A DNA stretch of 64,000 bases. Origin: Acidimicrobiales bacterium. Lineage in GTDB: Bacteria > Actinomycetota > Acidimicrobiia > Acidimicrobiales > CAIXPF01. The notes below the pieces were generated by a model. That model had not been told where the DNA came from and ran no database searches. It saw only the letters and a program-made list of their open reading frames with translations. Positions 34,039 to 43,943 of this stretch are shown in pieces. Numbering within the stretch: position 1 is the stretch's first letter; each line of letters starts with the position of its first letter. The stretch lies in assembly GCA_046155365.1 (NCBI GenBank), contig JBJXFH010000124.1, forward strand, positions 1,249 to 65,248, written 5' to 3'. Position numbers and translations under genes: made by a program.

Positions 34039-36276
34039 ATGGCAGTGGTGTTGGCGGATCATGAAGTGGTGCGTGAGATCGGTCGTGGCGCGTCCTCAGT
34101 GGTGTACGAGGCCCGCCAGCTCGAGCTCGGGGGGCGGCCGGTAGCACTGAAGGTGATCCAGTTGGCGGACCTCGACGACGGCGCCTTGCGTCGATTCGAT
34201 CGGGAGAGAAGCTCGCTGGCGGCGCTATCAGGCCATGAGGGGGTGGTCACGGTCTTCGGGGCCGGCCGCACGGCAGAGGGTTGGCCGTGGATCTCCATGG
34301 AGCTGATGCAGGGGTCACTCGGCGGGTGGATCGCCGAGCACGGCACGCTGGGTTGGGTCGATGCGGCCCGCGCCGGAGTGGTGGTGGCCCGGGCGCTGGC
34401 GGCCGCCCACGACGCCGGCATCCTGCACCGTGACATCAAACCCGAAAACGTGTTGTACGACGGGGCCGGCCGGGCCCGCCTGGCGGACTTCGGCATCGCG
34501 TCGGTGGGTCTGTCGGCCACGACCACCAAGACCACCATGAAGGGGTTCACCGGCACCGTGCTGCACGCCGCGCCGGAGCTGCTCGCTGGCGGTACGCCGT
34601 CCGAAGCCAGTGATATCTACGGGCTGGGTTCCTCCTTGTTCGCCCTGGTCGCCGGCCGTGCGCCCCACGCCCGGGTGGGGGAGGACAACCTGTTGGCCTT
34701 GCTGGGACGCATCGCCACCGCGCCCATCCCTGATCTCCGCAACCTCGGTGCGGCCGATGAGTTCGCCAGCCTGATCGAGCGGTGCCTGGCCACCGAGCCG
34801 TCCCAACGCCCCGCCACCGCCCACGAGCTGGTGGCCGGTCTGCAGGCCTTGCTCGATGATGGCCGCGACGTGGAGTTTCGCTTGCCGGTGGGGCTGTCCA
34901 ACGGCGCGGCGGCCGCGGTCAGTGGCGCGCCCACCATTCACAGCCCGATCGGTGCCCCGGGGAACGCCACCGTGCTGAACCTGGTCCGTGGCCCCCAGGC
35001 GCCGATCGACAGCGGGCCGTCCGTTGCATCCGCTGGGTCCGTTGTCGAGCGGCCCCAACCGCTTGATCCCACGTCGGCGCGGTGGCCCCGACATCGGGCG
35101 AAGGTGCTGGTGGCAGCGGTGCTGGTGGCCATCATCGGGTTGGGCGGCGGCGCCTTCGCCCTGATCGGCGGCGGGGGCGGCGAAGAGATCGCCGCCGGGG
35201 GCGGCGAAGAGATCGCCGCCGGTGGGGATCCCGACGCCAAGCCCACCCCGGACGCCATCCGCTCCACCAACGCCTCCACCACCACCTCCACCTCCAGTTC
35301 GACAACGACCACCGCCAAACCCCCGGCGCCGGTACTCACGATGAACATCTTTGACGGCCAGTCCCTGACCTCGGCGGCCTTGCCAGATCACATCGCCCCG
35401 GTCGGTGGAACCGTTGAGGTTGGCGCCACCCTGACCGTCAACGACCTCTCGATTCCGGTGGCGGCGGATGGCTCCTGGCGTTACGACGCCAAGCTGAACC
35501 CCGGCGAGAACCTGTTGGTGTTCGTGGCTCGGAAGACGGGCCAGTCCGACACCCGCCAGAGCTATCGCATCACCCTGGTCATGTCTGAGACCGGGGCCAC
35601 GCCCTTGCCGCAGCCCGCGCCCGGTGTGACCTCCCCAACGCCGGCTGGCACCGAAGCGGGCTCGCCGTCCGGTCCGTCGCAGCCCTCGGCTCCCTCATCG
35701 CCCGGAAGCCCGACCCCGTCGACCCCGACCCCGACCGCTTCCACAGCCCCGCCGCTGCCGGCGTTGGCACCGGACTGGGGACTGGACATCAATCCCCTCG
35801 TGGTCGGTCAGACCGGGACGTTCACCGCCACCGGCACCGTTGATAGCGCCACCGGGTTCTTGTGGGATTGGGGCTACGGCGGCCGGACGTCGAGCGGTGC
35901 GGTGGCCACCTACGCCTGGCCCGAGTACGGGTCGTTCACCGTGCGCCTGACCGTGTCGCGGGGGGCGGAGAGCGCCACCAAGACCTACACCGTCGTGGTC
36001 AACGACGGACATCCGACGGCCACGCTGAGCGGACCCGACACCATCCGGGCCAACGTGAACACGTTCTTCAGTACCACCAGCAACGCATTTGCCCGCTCCG
36101 GTACCTGGTCGGACAACTGCAATCCCCCGCAGCGACCGAACTGGAGCCCCGGCGATGGCTTCGGCGGCACGTGGGACCCGAGTTTGAACGGCAGCTCCTG
36201 CACCTTGTCACTGACCGTGTACAACGCCACCGGACAGCGCTACACCGTCAGCAAGAACTACACCGTGGTCGCCTGA
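34039..36276 (+). CDS. transmembrane Ser/Thr protein kinase with extracellular Ig-like and PKD domains
   Basis: GRGASSVVY...ALK, HRDIKPENVL, ADFG, TM segment VLVAAVLVAIIGLGGGAFALIGG, S/T/P-rich linkers, and a PKD-like WDWGYGG...FTVRLTV. GTG 34030 is an alternative start. Confidence 0.85.
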   Translation: MAVVLADHEVVREIGRGASSVVYEARQLELGGRPVALKVIQLADLDDGALRRFDRERSSLAALSGHEGVVTVFGAGRTAEGWPWISMELMQGSLGGWIAEHGTLGWVDAARAGVVVARALAAAHDAGILHRDIKPENVLYDGAGRARLADFGIASVGLSATTTKTTMKGFTGTVLHAAPELLAGGTPSEASDIYGLGSSLFALVAGRAPHARVGEDNLLALLGRIATAPIPDLRNLGAADEFASLIERCLATEPSQRPATAHELVAGLQALLDDGRDVEFRLPVGLSNGAAAAVSGAPTIHSPIGAPGNATVLNLVRGPQAPIDSGPSVASAGSVVERPQPLDPTSARWPRHRAKVLVAAVLVAIIGLGGGAFALIGGGGGEEIAAGGGEEIAAGGDPDAKPTPDAIRSTNASTTTSTSSSTTTTAKPPAPVLTMNIFDGQSLTSAALPDHIAPVGGTVEVGATLTVNDLSIPVAADGSWRYDAKLNPGENLLVFVARKTGQSDTRQSYRITLVMSETGATPLPQPAPGVTSPTPAGTEAGSPSGPSQPSAPSSPGSPTPSTPTPTASTAPPLPALAPDWGLDINPLVVGQTGTFTATGTVDSATGFLWDWGYGGRTSSGAVATYAWPEYGSFTVRLTVSRGAESATKTYTVVVNDGHPTATLSGPDTIRANVNTFFSTTSNAFARSGTWSDNCNPPQRPNWSPGDGFGGTWDPSLNGSSCTLSLTVYNATGQRYTVSKNYTVVA
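35173..35220 (+). repeat. perfect in-frame 24-bp tandem duplication inside the kinase gene
   Basis: gggggcggcgaagagatcgccgcc x2 read directly. It encodes GGGEEIAA GGGEEIAA just outside the TM helix. Confidence 0.95.
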
Positions 36277-36342
36277 TCCATGGCCCTGATCCGATAAGCG
36301 CCGCCGAGCAGCTGCGTGCCGGCGGGGCTACGGTCCTTGACC

Positions 36343-37749
36343 ATGGCCTCGATAGTGGTTGCCGGTGGGGGAATGTGCGGGCTCGCGGCCGCCATGATGT
36401 TGGCCGATGACGGCCATGCGGTGACCGTGGTGGAGCGAGACCCCGCGGCGCCCCCCGCAGACCCCGACGGCGCCACCACTTGGCAGCGGCGCAGCGTCGC
36501 CCAGTTCGGGTTGGCCCATTGGCTGCATGCCCGTGGCACCGCCATCATGCGTGACCGACTGCCCCGGGTGCACCAGCTGATGGCCACCAACGGCGGCAAG
36601 GAGTTCAACCTGGTCAAGTTCTTCCTCAGCATGCAGCCCGGCGCCGAGGTGGTTCCCGACGATGACCGCTTCGATCAGTTGACCGGTCGCCGCAGCACGC
36701 TCGAGTGGGCCTTCGCCACTGCAGCGGCCGAGCACCCCCACATCACGGTGCGCCGCGGTGAGGCCATCGCCGGGTTCACCGCGGGCGTTTCGGTGCTGGC
36801 TGGCGTGCCGCACGTGAGCGGCCTGCGGTTGGATTCCGGCGAGTTGTTTCCCGCCGATCTGGTGATCGATGCCACCGGGCGGCGATCCTCAACACCGCAG
36901 TGGCTGGCCGACATCGGCGCCCGTCCGCCCGCCGAAGATGCCCAGGACTCCGGTTTCGCCTACTACGGGCGCTACTTCCGATCCGCTGACGGCGCCACCC
37001 CGGCGATCATGGGGCCGCTGCTGGCGCCCTATGGCTCCTTCTCGGTGCTCACCCTCCCGGCGGACAACGGCACCTGGTCGGTGACGCTGTACGCCCTGGC
37101 CGAGGATAAGCCGTTGCGCCGCTTCCGTGACGCTGCGGTGTACGACCGGGTGGTCCGGGCCTGTCCGCTCCAGGCTCACTGGCTGGACGGTGAACCCATC
37201 ACGGACATTTCGTCGATGGCCGGGGTTGTTGACCGCCACCGCCGTTTCGTGGTGGACGGCAGGCCGTGCGCCACCGGCGTGCTGTCGGTGGGCGATGCCA
37301 GCTCCTGCACCAACCCCTCGCTGGGCCGTGGCATCACGTTGGGTCTCCTGCACGTGGAGATCCTGCGGAGCGCCATCGCGGAGCATCTCCAAGATCCGGC
37401 CGAGCTGGCACTGGCGTTCGACCACGCCACCGAGAGCGCAGTGCGGCCGTGGCACGACGCCACCACGGCGATCGACCGACGACGGGTCCAGGAGATGCGA
37501 GCGGTGGCGGCGGGCGGCACCCACGAGCCCGATCAGTCCGAGCAGATCGCCCTGCTGCTCGCCAGCGCCGGCGCCTTCGACCCCATCGCAGCCAGATCCT
37601 TCGGGGAGATCTTCACCTGCACCACCCTGGCGGAGCAGGTGTTCGCCCGCCCCGGCGTGTTCGAGCACATCATCGGACTGGCCGAACGGGCTGATGTCCA
37701 GCCGTTGCCGGGCCCCGACCGGGCGCAGCTCCTGGAGTTGGTGCGCTGA
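36343..37749 (+). CDS. FAD-dependent oxidoreductase/monooxygenase
   Basis: MASIVVAGGGMCGLAAAMMLADDGHAVTVVERD (GxGxxG + acidic end of beta2). Later GDASSCTNPSLGRG (GD motif). Confidence 0.7.
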   Translation: MASIVVAGGGMCGLAAAMMLADDGHAVTVVERDPAAPPADPDGATTWQRRSVAQFGLAHWLHARGTAIMRDRLPRVHQLMATNGGKEFNLVKFFLSMQPGAEVVPDDDRFDQLTGRRSTLEWAFATAAAEHPHITVRRGEAIAGFTAGVSVLAGVPHVSGLRLDSGELFPADLVIDATGRRSSTPQWLADIGARPPAEDAQDSGFAYYGRYFRSADGATPAIMGPLLAPYGSFSVLTLPADNGTWSVTLYALAEDKPLRRFRDAAVYDRVVRACPLQAHWLDGEPITDISSMAGVVDRHRRFVVDGRPCATGVLSVGDASSCTNPSLGRGITLGLLHVEILRSAIAEHLQDPAELALAFDHATESAVRPWHDATTAIDRRRVQEMRAVAAGGTHEPDQSEQIALLLASAGAFDPIAARSFGEIFTCTTLAEQVFARPGVFEHIIGLAERADVQPLPGPDRAQLLELVR

Positions 37750-37825
37750 CCGAGGGCGGCCGCGGGCGACGGTTCGTTGACCGTTTGCGGCTTTCCACCC
37801 CGTCTTGGATCCGTAGGAGCTGGCG

Positions 37826-39601
37826 TCAGTCGTCGTGCATGCCGCCTCCGTCCAGCGCGGAGCGAGCGGTTGAGCGCATGCGGCGCAGCAGCCGGCCCTC
37901 GACGGCCACCACATTGGGATGGGTCCCGCCGTTGGCGTCCGCCGCAGCCTGCCACGCCGCCAGGCGTTGCTGGGCGGTGGCCGGATCGGCCAACTCAGCA
38001 CAGTCGAGCTGATTGCCCTGGAGGTCCACGGTGATGGTGTCACCGTCGCGCACCAGCGCGATCGGGCCGGCGAGGTGGGCCTCGGGCGACACGTGCCCGA
38101 TCACGAGGCCCACCGATCCGCCGGAGAAACGCCCGTCGGTCATCAGCGCCACGGTGATGTCCCGCTGGCGACACAGCGCGGTGATGCGAGAGGTTGGGTC
38201 CAACATCTCGGGCATCCCCGGCGCGCCGCGAGGGCCCACGTAGCGGATCACGATCATGTCACCGTCGGAGATCACTTCCGGTCGATCAGCCAGGGTGTCG
38301 ATCAGGCTCTGCTCGCTGTCGAACACCCGCGCCCGGCCGGTGAAGCGCCCATCGACAATGCCGCGCTCCACGCCGGCCAGCTTGAGGATGGCGGCGCCAC
38401 CGGGTGCCAGGTTGCCGTGCAGCAGCCGCAGCCCGCCGGTGTCCTTGAACGGTGTGGCCAGCGGGTGGATCATGTCGCCGTCGGGCGCGGGGGGTGCCAG
38501 CCGGGCGACCTGCTCCGCCAGTGTCTCGCCGGTGCAGGTGCGGGTGGTGCCGTCCAGCCACCCGCCGCGCAGTAGTTCGGCCACGATCACCGGAAGGCCC
38601 CCGACGGTTTCCAGATCGACCATGGAGTACGCACCGAAGGGCCGCATGTTGACCACCACCGGCAAACGGCTGGAGAGGTCGTTGAACTCCTCCTGGCTCA
38701 TGACCTGGTCCCAGAAGTCCAGCCCGGCGGCGCGCGCCAGTTCCACCGCGTGCAGCGCCACGTTGGTGGAACCGCCCATGGCCATGGTGACGGTGACGGC
38801 GTTGCGCAGGGCGGCGGGGGTCACGATGTCACGCGGTCGCAGACCCATCTTGCGCATGGTGACCAGGCACTCCACGAGCTCCGCGGGGAACTGCTCGATG
38901 CGGCGCGGATCGTCGGAGGCCGGCGCCACCATGTGGAGGGGCTCCATGCCCGCCACGGCGATGAACGTCTGCATGGTGTTGTAGGTGAACATGCCCCCAC
39001 AGCTGCCCTGGCCGGGGCAGGCGTGCAACGCGGTGCGGGTGCGGGTCTCGTCATCGGCGCTGGCCACCTGGAACGCGGCCACGATGTCCAGTCGTTCGTT
39101 GGTCACCGGGTCGATGCCGGGGTGAATCGAACCGTCCGACAGCAGCACCGCCGGCACGTTGAAGTCCAAGATGGCGGCGAGCGTGCCGACCGGCGGCTTG
39201 TCACAGGCCACCACGGCGATCACCCCGGCCATATCGCTGGCCCGCAGGTGCAGCTCGGTGGCATCGTTGACTGCTTCCCGGCCGATCAGCGAGTAGCGCA
39301 TCTGGGCGGTCCCGTTGAGCTGGCCGTCGGACACGGCGAGGGTGAACCCGGGCGCGATCAGCCGGATGGGCAACCCATCCCGGGCGATCCGGGCCGACAG
39401 GGCCAGGTGCACCGCGTCCACCTTGCTGCGAACGCCCAGGTAGCACTGGCTGTCTCCGAGGTTGCCGAGCACGCCCCACACCGGCTGGTGGATCAGCGCG
39501 GGATCCTCCCCGAGCCAGCGAGCAGTGCCCACCCGCTGGACGTCTCGGCCCGGGTTGCCGGACACGAACACCTGCGTCTCGCTGGCTTGGCTTTCGGCCA
39601 C
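37826..39601 (-). CDS. IlvD/Edd-family dehydratase (dihydroxy-acid or sugar-acid dehydratase)
   Basis: VACDKPPVG, HACPGQGSCGGMFTYNTM, MAMGGSTN, ITDGRFSGG-like MTDGRFSGGS. GTG start at 39601 preceded by AGGGGAG. Confidence 0.85.
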   Translation of the reverse strand: MAESQASETQVFVSGNPGRDVQRVGTARWLGEDPALIHQPVWGVLGNLGDSQCYLGVRSKVDAVHLALSARIARDGLPIRLIAPGFTLAVSDGQLNGTAQMRYSLIGREAVNDATELHLRASDMAGVIAVVACDKPPVGTLAAILDFNVPAVLLSDGSIHPGIDPVTNERLDIVAAFQVASADDETRTRTALHACPGQGSCGGMFTYNTMQTFIAVAGMEPLHMVAPASDDPRRIEQFPAELVECLVTMRKMGLRPRDIVTPAALRNAVTVTMAMGGSTNVALHAVELARAAGLDFWDQVMSQEEFNDLSSRLPVVVNMRPFGAYSMVDLETVGGLPVIVAELLRGGWLDGTTRTCTGETLAEQVARLAPPAPDGDMIHPLATPFKDTGGLRLLHGNLAPGGAAILKLAGVERGIVDGRFTGRARVFDSEQSLIDTLADRPEVISDGDMIVIRYVGPRGAPGMPEMLDPTSRITALCRQRDITVALMTDGRFSGGSVGLVIGHVSPEAHLAGPIALVRDGDTITVDLQGNQLDCAELADPATAQQRLAAWQAAADANGGTHPNVVAVEGRLLRRMRSTARSALDGGGMHDD

Positions 39602-39879
39602 GTCTACTCCCCTGATGATCGGGCTCGGCGGGCAACCGGCAGCCTCGGCATGTCTGCCCGACGATTCTTGTCGACCGACGCGCGTCCGCGGTTACCGATT
39701 CGCCGCCGGGCCCCGGCTGCAGCGAACGGTGGTCGACGCTAGCGTCCGCGGCCGGTGGCAGCGCCTTCGCTGATCGGCCTCAACATCGGCACCAAGCCCG
39801 GGGACGAGCCGCCTCTGAGCTGAGGGTCCGAAAACTGGCCTGAGGTGTGGGACCCGCAGAGCTCCGCTCACACGAAAGC

Positions 39880-39913
39880 GGCCCTGACCTGCGTGGATCC
39901 GCTGGTCAGGGCC
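39880..39913 (-). terminator. stem-loop immediately 3' of tRNA-Arg
   Basis: GGCCCTGACC (39880-39889) and GGTCAGGGCC (39904-39913) form a perfect 10-bp inverted repeat with a 14-nt loop, 11 nt downstream of the tRNA 3' end. There is no clear U-tract. Confidence 0.45.
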
Positions 39914-39924
39914 GAGTCTCAGGG

Positions 39925-39996
39925 CGCCCTCGACAGGACTCGAACCTGTGCACACGCCTCCGGAGGGCGATGCTCTATCCGCTGAGCTACGAGGGC
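39925..39996 (-). tRNA. tRNA-Arg (anticodon CCG)
   Basis: Reverse complement is GCCCTCGTAGCTCAGCGGATAGAGCATCGCCCTCCGGAGGCGTGTGCACAGGTTCGAGTCCTGTCGAGGGCG. It has a 7-bp acceptor stem, a GCTC/GAGC D-stem, anticodon loop CTCCGGA and a GGTTCGAGTCC T-arm. CCA is not encoded. Confidence 0.9.
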
Positions 39997-40041
39997 TGGG
40001 GTGAGTCATCATAGCCAAGCCCACGGCCGGAGGGCAGCCGG

Positions 40042-40833
40042 TTACTCCGCCACCCAGTCCCGGCCGTCGTCGCCGCCGAAGTAGGTGCGCTGGGCGATGC
40101 GGGAGTTCTCTGACCGGCCCATGAACGCTGCGGCCACGTGGTCCATGTGTTGGATGGCCCGACCCATGGCCAGGGCCTGGGCGTTGATGGACGCCTTGGA
40201 CAGCGTGACGGGCACCGGCGGCTGGCGCAGCACCTCCCCGGCCAGGCGCTCGGCCGCCGCCACCAGCTCCGCCTCATCGTTGACGGTCTCGGTCCAAAAT
40301 CCCATCTGGTCCAGCTGCTCGGCGTCATAGGTCCGGCCCAGGATCAGCATCTCCTTGGCCTTGTGCGGGCCCACCAGGTTGACCAGCACCGGTAGCGAAT
40401 GCCACGTCAGGTTGAACCCGATGCTGACCTCGTTCAGCGTCAGCCGCACCGACGGGGCCCCGATGCGGAAATCGCATGCCGCCGGGAGGACCCCGCCCCC
40501 GCCGATCAGGTACCCGTGGCAGGCGGCAATGGTCACCGCGCTCAGATGCAGCAGCGTGTCGTACATGGCGGCCCCGGCCTTGGACGCCACCATGGCCTGG
40601 GCGCTGTTCCGCTTCGGCAGCTTGAGATCAGCTCCGGAGCAAAAGCTGGGGCCGTCACCGCGCACGATCACCACCCGGACTCCAGGGTCGGCCTCGATGT
40701 CCCGGCATGCCTGATGCACGTCGGCGATGAACTGGTCGTTGACTGCGTTGTGGACCTCGGGCCGGTTGAACACCAGGTGACGCAACGCGCCGTCGCCATC
40801 GAGCCGCACGGTTTGGTAGCTGTGGTCGGTCAT
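40042..40833 (-). CDS. enoyl-CoA hydratase/isomerase (crotonase) family protein
   Basis: ATG at 40833 (MTDHSYQTVRLDGDGALRHLVFNRPEVHNAV), FCSGADL, GYLIGGG. The listed ORF (to 41277) over-extends upstream. Confidence 0.85.
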   Translation of the reverse strand: MTDHSYQTVRLDGDGALRHLVFNRPEVHNAVNDQFIADVHQACRDIEADPGVRVVIVRGDGPSFCSGADLKLPKRNSAQAMVASKAGAAMYDTLLHLSAVTIAACHGYLIGGGGVLPAACDFRIGAPSVRLTLNEVSIGFNLTWHSLPVLVNLVGPHKAKEMLILGRTYDAEQLDQMGFWTETVNDEAELVAAAERLAGEVLRQPPVPVTLSKASINAQALAMGRAIQHMDHVAAAFMGRSENSRIAQRTYFGGDDGRDWVAE

Positions 40834-40891
40834 GGTGGGATTCTCGCGGGCTTGTGGGCCCGCCGGCTGCCGGCCGGTAGCGTGACCGGCC

Positions 40892-42496
40892 GTGATACAG
40901 GACCAGTTGCGCGCCCACATTGCCCGGGCCTTGGGCTCGTTGGGGGTCGCGGTCCCCGCCGCCATCGTCATGGGGCGCCCGGCCCGCTTGGAGCACGGGG
41001 ACTGGTCCACCAACGTGGCCCTGGCCACCGCCAAGCCCGCCGGCAAGAACCCCCGCCAGCTGGCCACGGACCTGGTGGCCGCCCTTGAGGCTGACCTTCC
41101 CGCCCACGTCAGCCGCATCGAGGTGGCAGGCCCGGGATTCGTGAACTTCCACCTGGCCGCCAGCTGGCTGCACGATATCCTGACCAACGCCGTGACCGCC
41201 GGACCCCAGGGGTTCGCCCGGCCGGACCTGGGTGGGGGCAAGCGGGTGAACGTGGAGTTCGTCTCCGCCAACCCCACCGGTCCGCTGCACGCCGGCGGCG
41301 GTCGCTGGGCGGCCTACGGAGACGCGCTGGTCAACCTGTTGAACCATTGCGGCTACCGGGCCGATCGGGAGTACTACCTCAATGACCGGGGCGTGCAGAT
41401 GCGCCTGTTCGGTGAATCCCTGGCGGCGCTCAAGGCCGGCGATCCGGTGCCCGAGGACGGCTACAAAGGCCAATACCTCGAGGAATGGGCGGCGGAGATG
41501 CCCGCTGACGCTGACCCGGTCGAGTGGGGGTATGAGCGGGTGAAACAGGACCTGCGCGAAACGCTTGACGGTGTGGGCGTGCACTTCGACACCTGGTTCT
41601 CGGAACGGTCTCTGGTCAGCAGCGGGGCCATTGATGCCACCCTGGCCGACCTCGCCGCCCGTGGTGCCAGCTTCGAACTGGACGGCGCGGTCTGGCTGCG
41701 CACCACCGATTACGGGGACGACAAGGACCGGGTGTTGGTCAAGTCCGACGGCGAGCCCACCTACTTGCTGCCCGATCTGGCCTATCACCGCAACAAGTTC
41801 GAGCGGGGCTACGAGCAACTGATCGACATCTGGGGGGCGGACCACCACGGCTACGTGGCCCGCCTCCTGGCCGGCATCACCGCGCTGGGCCACGAGCCGA
41901 ACGAGGTCGAGCTGATCTTGGGGCAACTGGTCACCCTCAAACGCGACGGCGTCGAAGTGAAGCTTTCCAAACGGGCCGGCAGCATGGTCACCCTCGGCGA
42001 GGTGGTGGAAGAAACCGGCGCCGACGCCGCCCGGCTCACGTTCCTGCTGCAATCCCTCGACACCCGCCAAACCGTTGACCTGGCCCTCATGGTGGCCCAA
42101 ACCAACGAAAATCCCGTGTATTACGTGCAATACGCCCACGCCCGCATTTCCTCGCTGGTGCGTCAGGCAGCCCAGGCCGGGGTGACCCGCCTGCCGCTGG
42201 AGCAGGTCGATCTGAGCCGGTTGGTGCATGAGCGGGAGCTGGCCATACTGCGCAGTCTGGCCGAGCTGGAGGACACCGTGATCATGGCCTGCAACGAGCG
42301 GGCCCCCCACAAGGTGACCACCTGGGTGCGGGAGTTGGCCGGTGCCTTCCACGGCTTCTACCACGACTGCCGCATTCTGGGGGAAGGCGTCGAGGAACCG
42401 GTCACCCAGGCTCGGTTGTGGTTGATCGAAGCGACCCGGGTCGGGCTGTTGGTGGGCCTAGGCATCTTGGGGGTAAGCGCCCCGGAGTCAATGTGA
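40892..42496 (+). CDS. argS: arginine--tRNA ligase
   Basis: EFVSANPTGPLHAGGGR (HIGH-type motif), DHHGY, and the C-terminal anticodon-binding region. Gene order argS-lysA-hom-thrC as in actinobacteria. Confidence 0.9.
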   Translation: MIQDQLRAHIARALGSLGVAVPAAIVMGRPARLEHGDWSTNVALATAKPAGKNPRQLATDLVAALEADLPAHVSRIEVAGPGFVNFHLAASWLHDILTNAVTAGPQGFARPDLGGGKRVNVEFVSANPTGPLHAGGGRWAAYGDALVNLLNHCGYRADREYYLNDRGVQMRLFGESLAALKAGDPVPEDGYKGQYLEEWAAEMPADADPVEWGYERVKQDLRETLDGVGVHFDTWFSERSLVSSGAIDATLADLAARGASFELDGAVWLRTTDYGDDKDRVLVKSDGEPTYLLPDLAYHRNKFERGYEQLIDIWGADHHGYVARLLAGITALGHEPNEVELILGQLVTLKRDGVEVKLSKRAGSMVTLGEVVEETGADAARLTFLLQSLDTRQTVDLALMVAQTNENPVYYVQYAHARISSLVRQAAQAGVTRLPLEQVDLSRLVHERELAILRSLAELEDTVIMACNERAPHKVTTWVRELAGAFHGFYHDCRILGEGVEEPVTQARLWLIEATRVGLLVGLGILGVSAPESM

Positions 42497-43932
42497 GCGC
42501 GGCCCCAGGTCCCGCTGCGCCCATCGCCCTTCGCCTACTGCCCGACACCGCCACGTCCGGGCCCCGGGGGCAGCTGCTGTTGGGCGGCGTCGACACCGTG
42601 GCGTTGGCTGAACAGTTCGGTACCCCGCTGTTCGTGTACGACGAGGAACACCTGCGTCGCCGTTGCCGCCAAGCGGCCCAGGCCTTTCCCGGGGGTGCCT
42701 ATTACGCCACCAAGGCCTTCCTCTGTGGGGCCATGGCCAAGGTGGCGCACGAGGAGGGCATGCGTCTCGACGTGGCCTCCGGTGGTGAGCTGGCCCTGGC
42801 GTTGCGAGCGGGCGTTCCGGCCCAAGATCTGCTGCTGCACGGCAACAACAAATCCGATCAGGAACTCGCCGCCGCCCTGCACGTCGGTGTGGGGCGCATC
42901 GTCATCGATTCCTTTGACGAGATCGACCGTTTGGAACGCCTGCTGGGCCAACGCAGCGGGGTCCGCGATCGCTATGGTGCCGGTGATGATCGTCCGAAGG
43001 TCTTGATTCGGGTCACCCCTGGATTGCATGTCCATACCCATCAGTACATCTCGACCGGTCAGGAAGACTCCAAGTTCGGTTTCGGCCTGGCCTCCGGTTC
43101 CGCCGCCGCAGCCATCGCCCGTCTTCGCCGCCCGGACTGCCCGGTACGGTTGGTGGGCCTGCACCTGCACATCGGCTCCCAGGTGTTCGTGGCGGACAAC
43201 TTCGCCCGGGCCATTGAGGCGGTGGCGCCGTTCGTGCGTGAGGCCGGCCTGGCCGAACTCAATATCGGCGGCGGGCTGGGCGTGGCCTACGTGGCCGCCG
43301 AGCACAGCGAGTCCATTACCGACTGGGGTCAACGGGTGCACGCCGCCTGTGCCGCTGCCGGCATCGAAGCGGTCATCTCCGCCGAACCGGGCCGGGCCAT
43401 CGCGGCCCAAGCGGCCATCACCTTGTACCGGGTGGGCACCGTCAAGGACCTCCCCGGCATTCGGACCTACGTGGCGGTGGACGGCGGGATGATCGATAAT
43501 CCCCGGCCCGCCATGTACGGCAGCGAGTACGAGGCGTTCCTGCCCCGGGCCCTCGGTGCCAGCCGGCCGCGTCGGGTACGGGTGGTGGGCAAGCACTGCG
43601 AATCCGGCGATGTGTTGCTGCACGATGCCGCCGTGCCCGAGGACCTGGCGGTGGGTGACCTGCTGGCCACCCCGGTCACGGGGGCCTATGGCTGGTCGAT
43701 GGGGTCCAACTACAACCGAATGGGACGCCCCGCCATCGTGTTCGTGGCCCACGGTCAAGCCCGCTTGGTGGTCCGCCGGGAGTTCGACGAGGACCTCATG
43801 CTCACCGACCTCGCCCTGGACCCGCCCGCACCGGACCAGCCGGCGTCCAGCCCGGGTTCAGAGTCGGAGTCGGGGTCGGGGTCCGCGTCGGGGTCCGCGG
43901 CGTCGGGCGGCAGCGGGACTGCTCGGCGGTAG
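42493..43932 (+). CDS. lysA: diaminopimelate decarboxylase
   Basis: GTG 42493 overlaps the argS stop. YATKAF (PLP Lys), HIGSQ, GGGLGV, CESGD. Carries a C-terminal Ser/Gly-rich tail. Confidence 0.9.
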   Translation: MSAAPGPAAPIALRLLPDTATSGPRGQLLLGGVDTVALAEQFGTPLFVYDEEHLRRRCRQAAQAFPGGAYYATKAFLCGAMAKVAHEEGMRLDVASGGELALALRAGVPAQDLLLHGNNKSDQELAAALHVGVGRIVIDSFDEIDRLERLLGQRSGVRDRYGAGDDRPKVLIRVTPGLHVHTHQYISTGQEDSKFGFGLASGSAAAAIARLRRPDCPVRLVGLHLHIGSQVFVADNFARAIEAVAPFVREAGLAELNIGGGLGVAYVAAEHSESITDWGQRVHAACAAAGIEAVISAEPGRAIAAQAAITLYRVGTVKDLPGIRTYVAVDGGMIDNPRPAMYGSEYEAFLPRALGASRPRRVRVVGKHCESGDVLLHDAAVPEDLAVGDLLATPVTGAYGWSMGSNYNRMGRPAIVFVAHGQARLVVRREFDEDLMLTDLALDPPAPDQPASSPGSESESGSGSASGSAASGGSGTARR

Positions 43933-43943
43933 GCTCGACCGTC

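Noticed and set aside
34315-39742. Shadow ORFs 34315-35391(-), 36889-38043(-), 37919-38575(+), 38256-38984(+) and 38750-39742(+).
   Set aside because: They are antisense to, or off-frame of, the kinase, the FAD oxidoreductase and the IlvD-family dehydratase.
39602-40041. tRNA-Arg as an integration site for a mobile element.
   Set aside because: There is no integrase, no direct repeat of the tRNA 3' end and no compositional break that I could see on either side.
40834-41277. Upstream extension of the crotonase ORF to 41277.
   Set aside because: It would overlap argS on the opposite strand by about 390 nt. The canonical crotonase N-terminus starts at ATG 40833.
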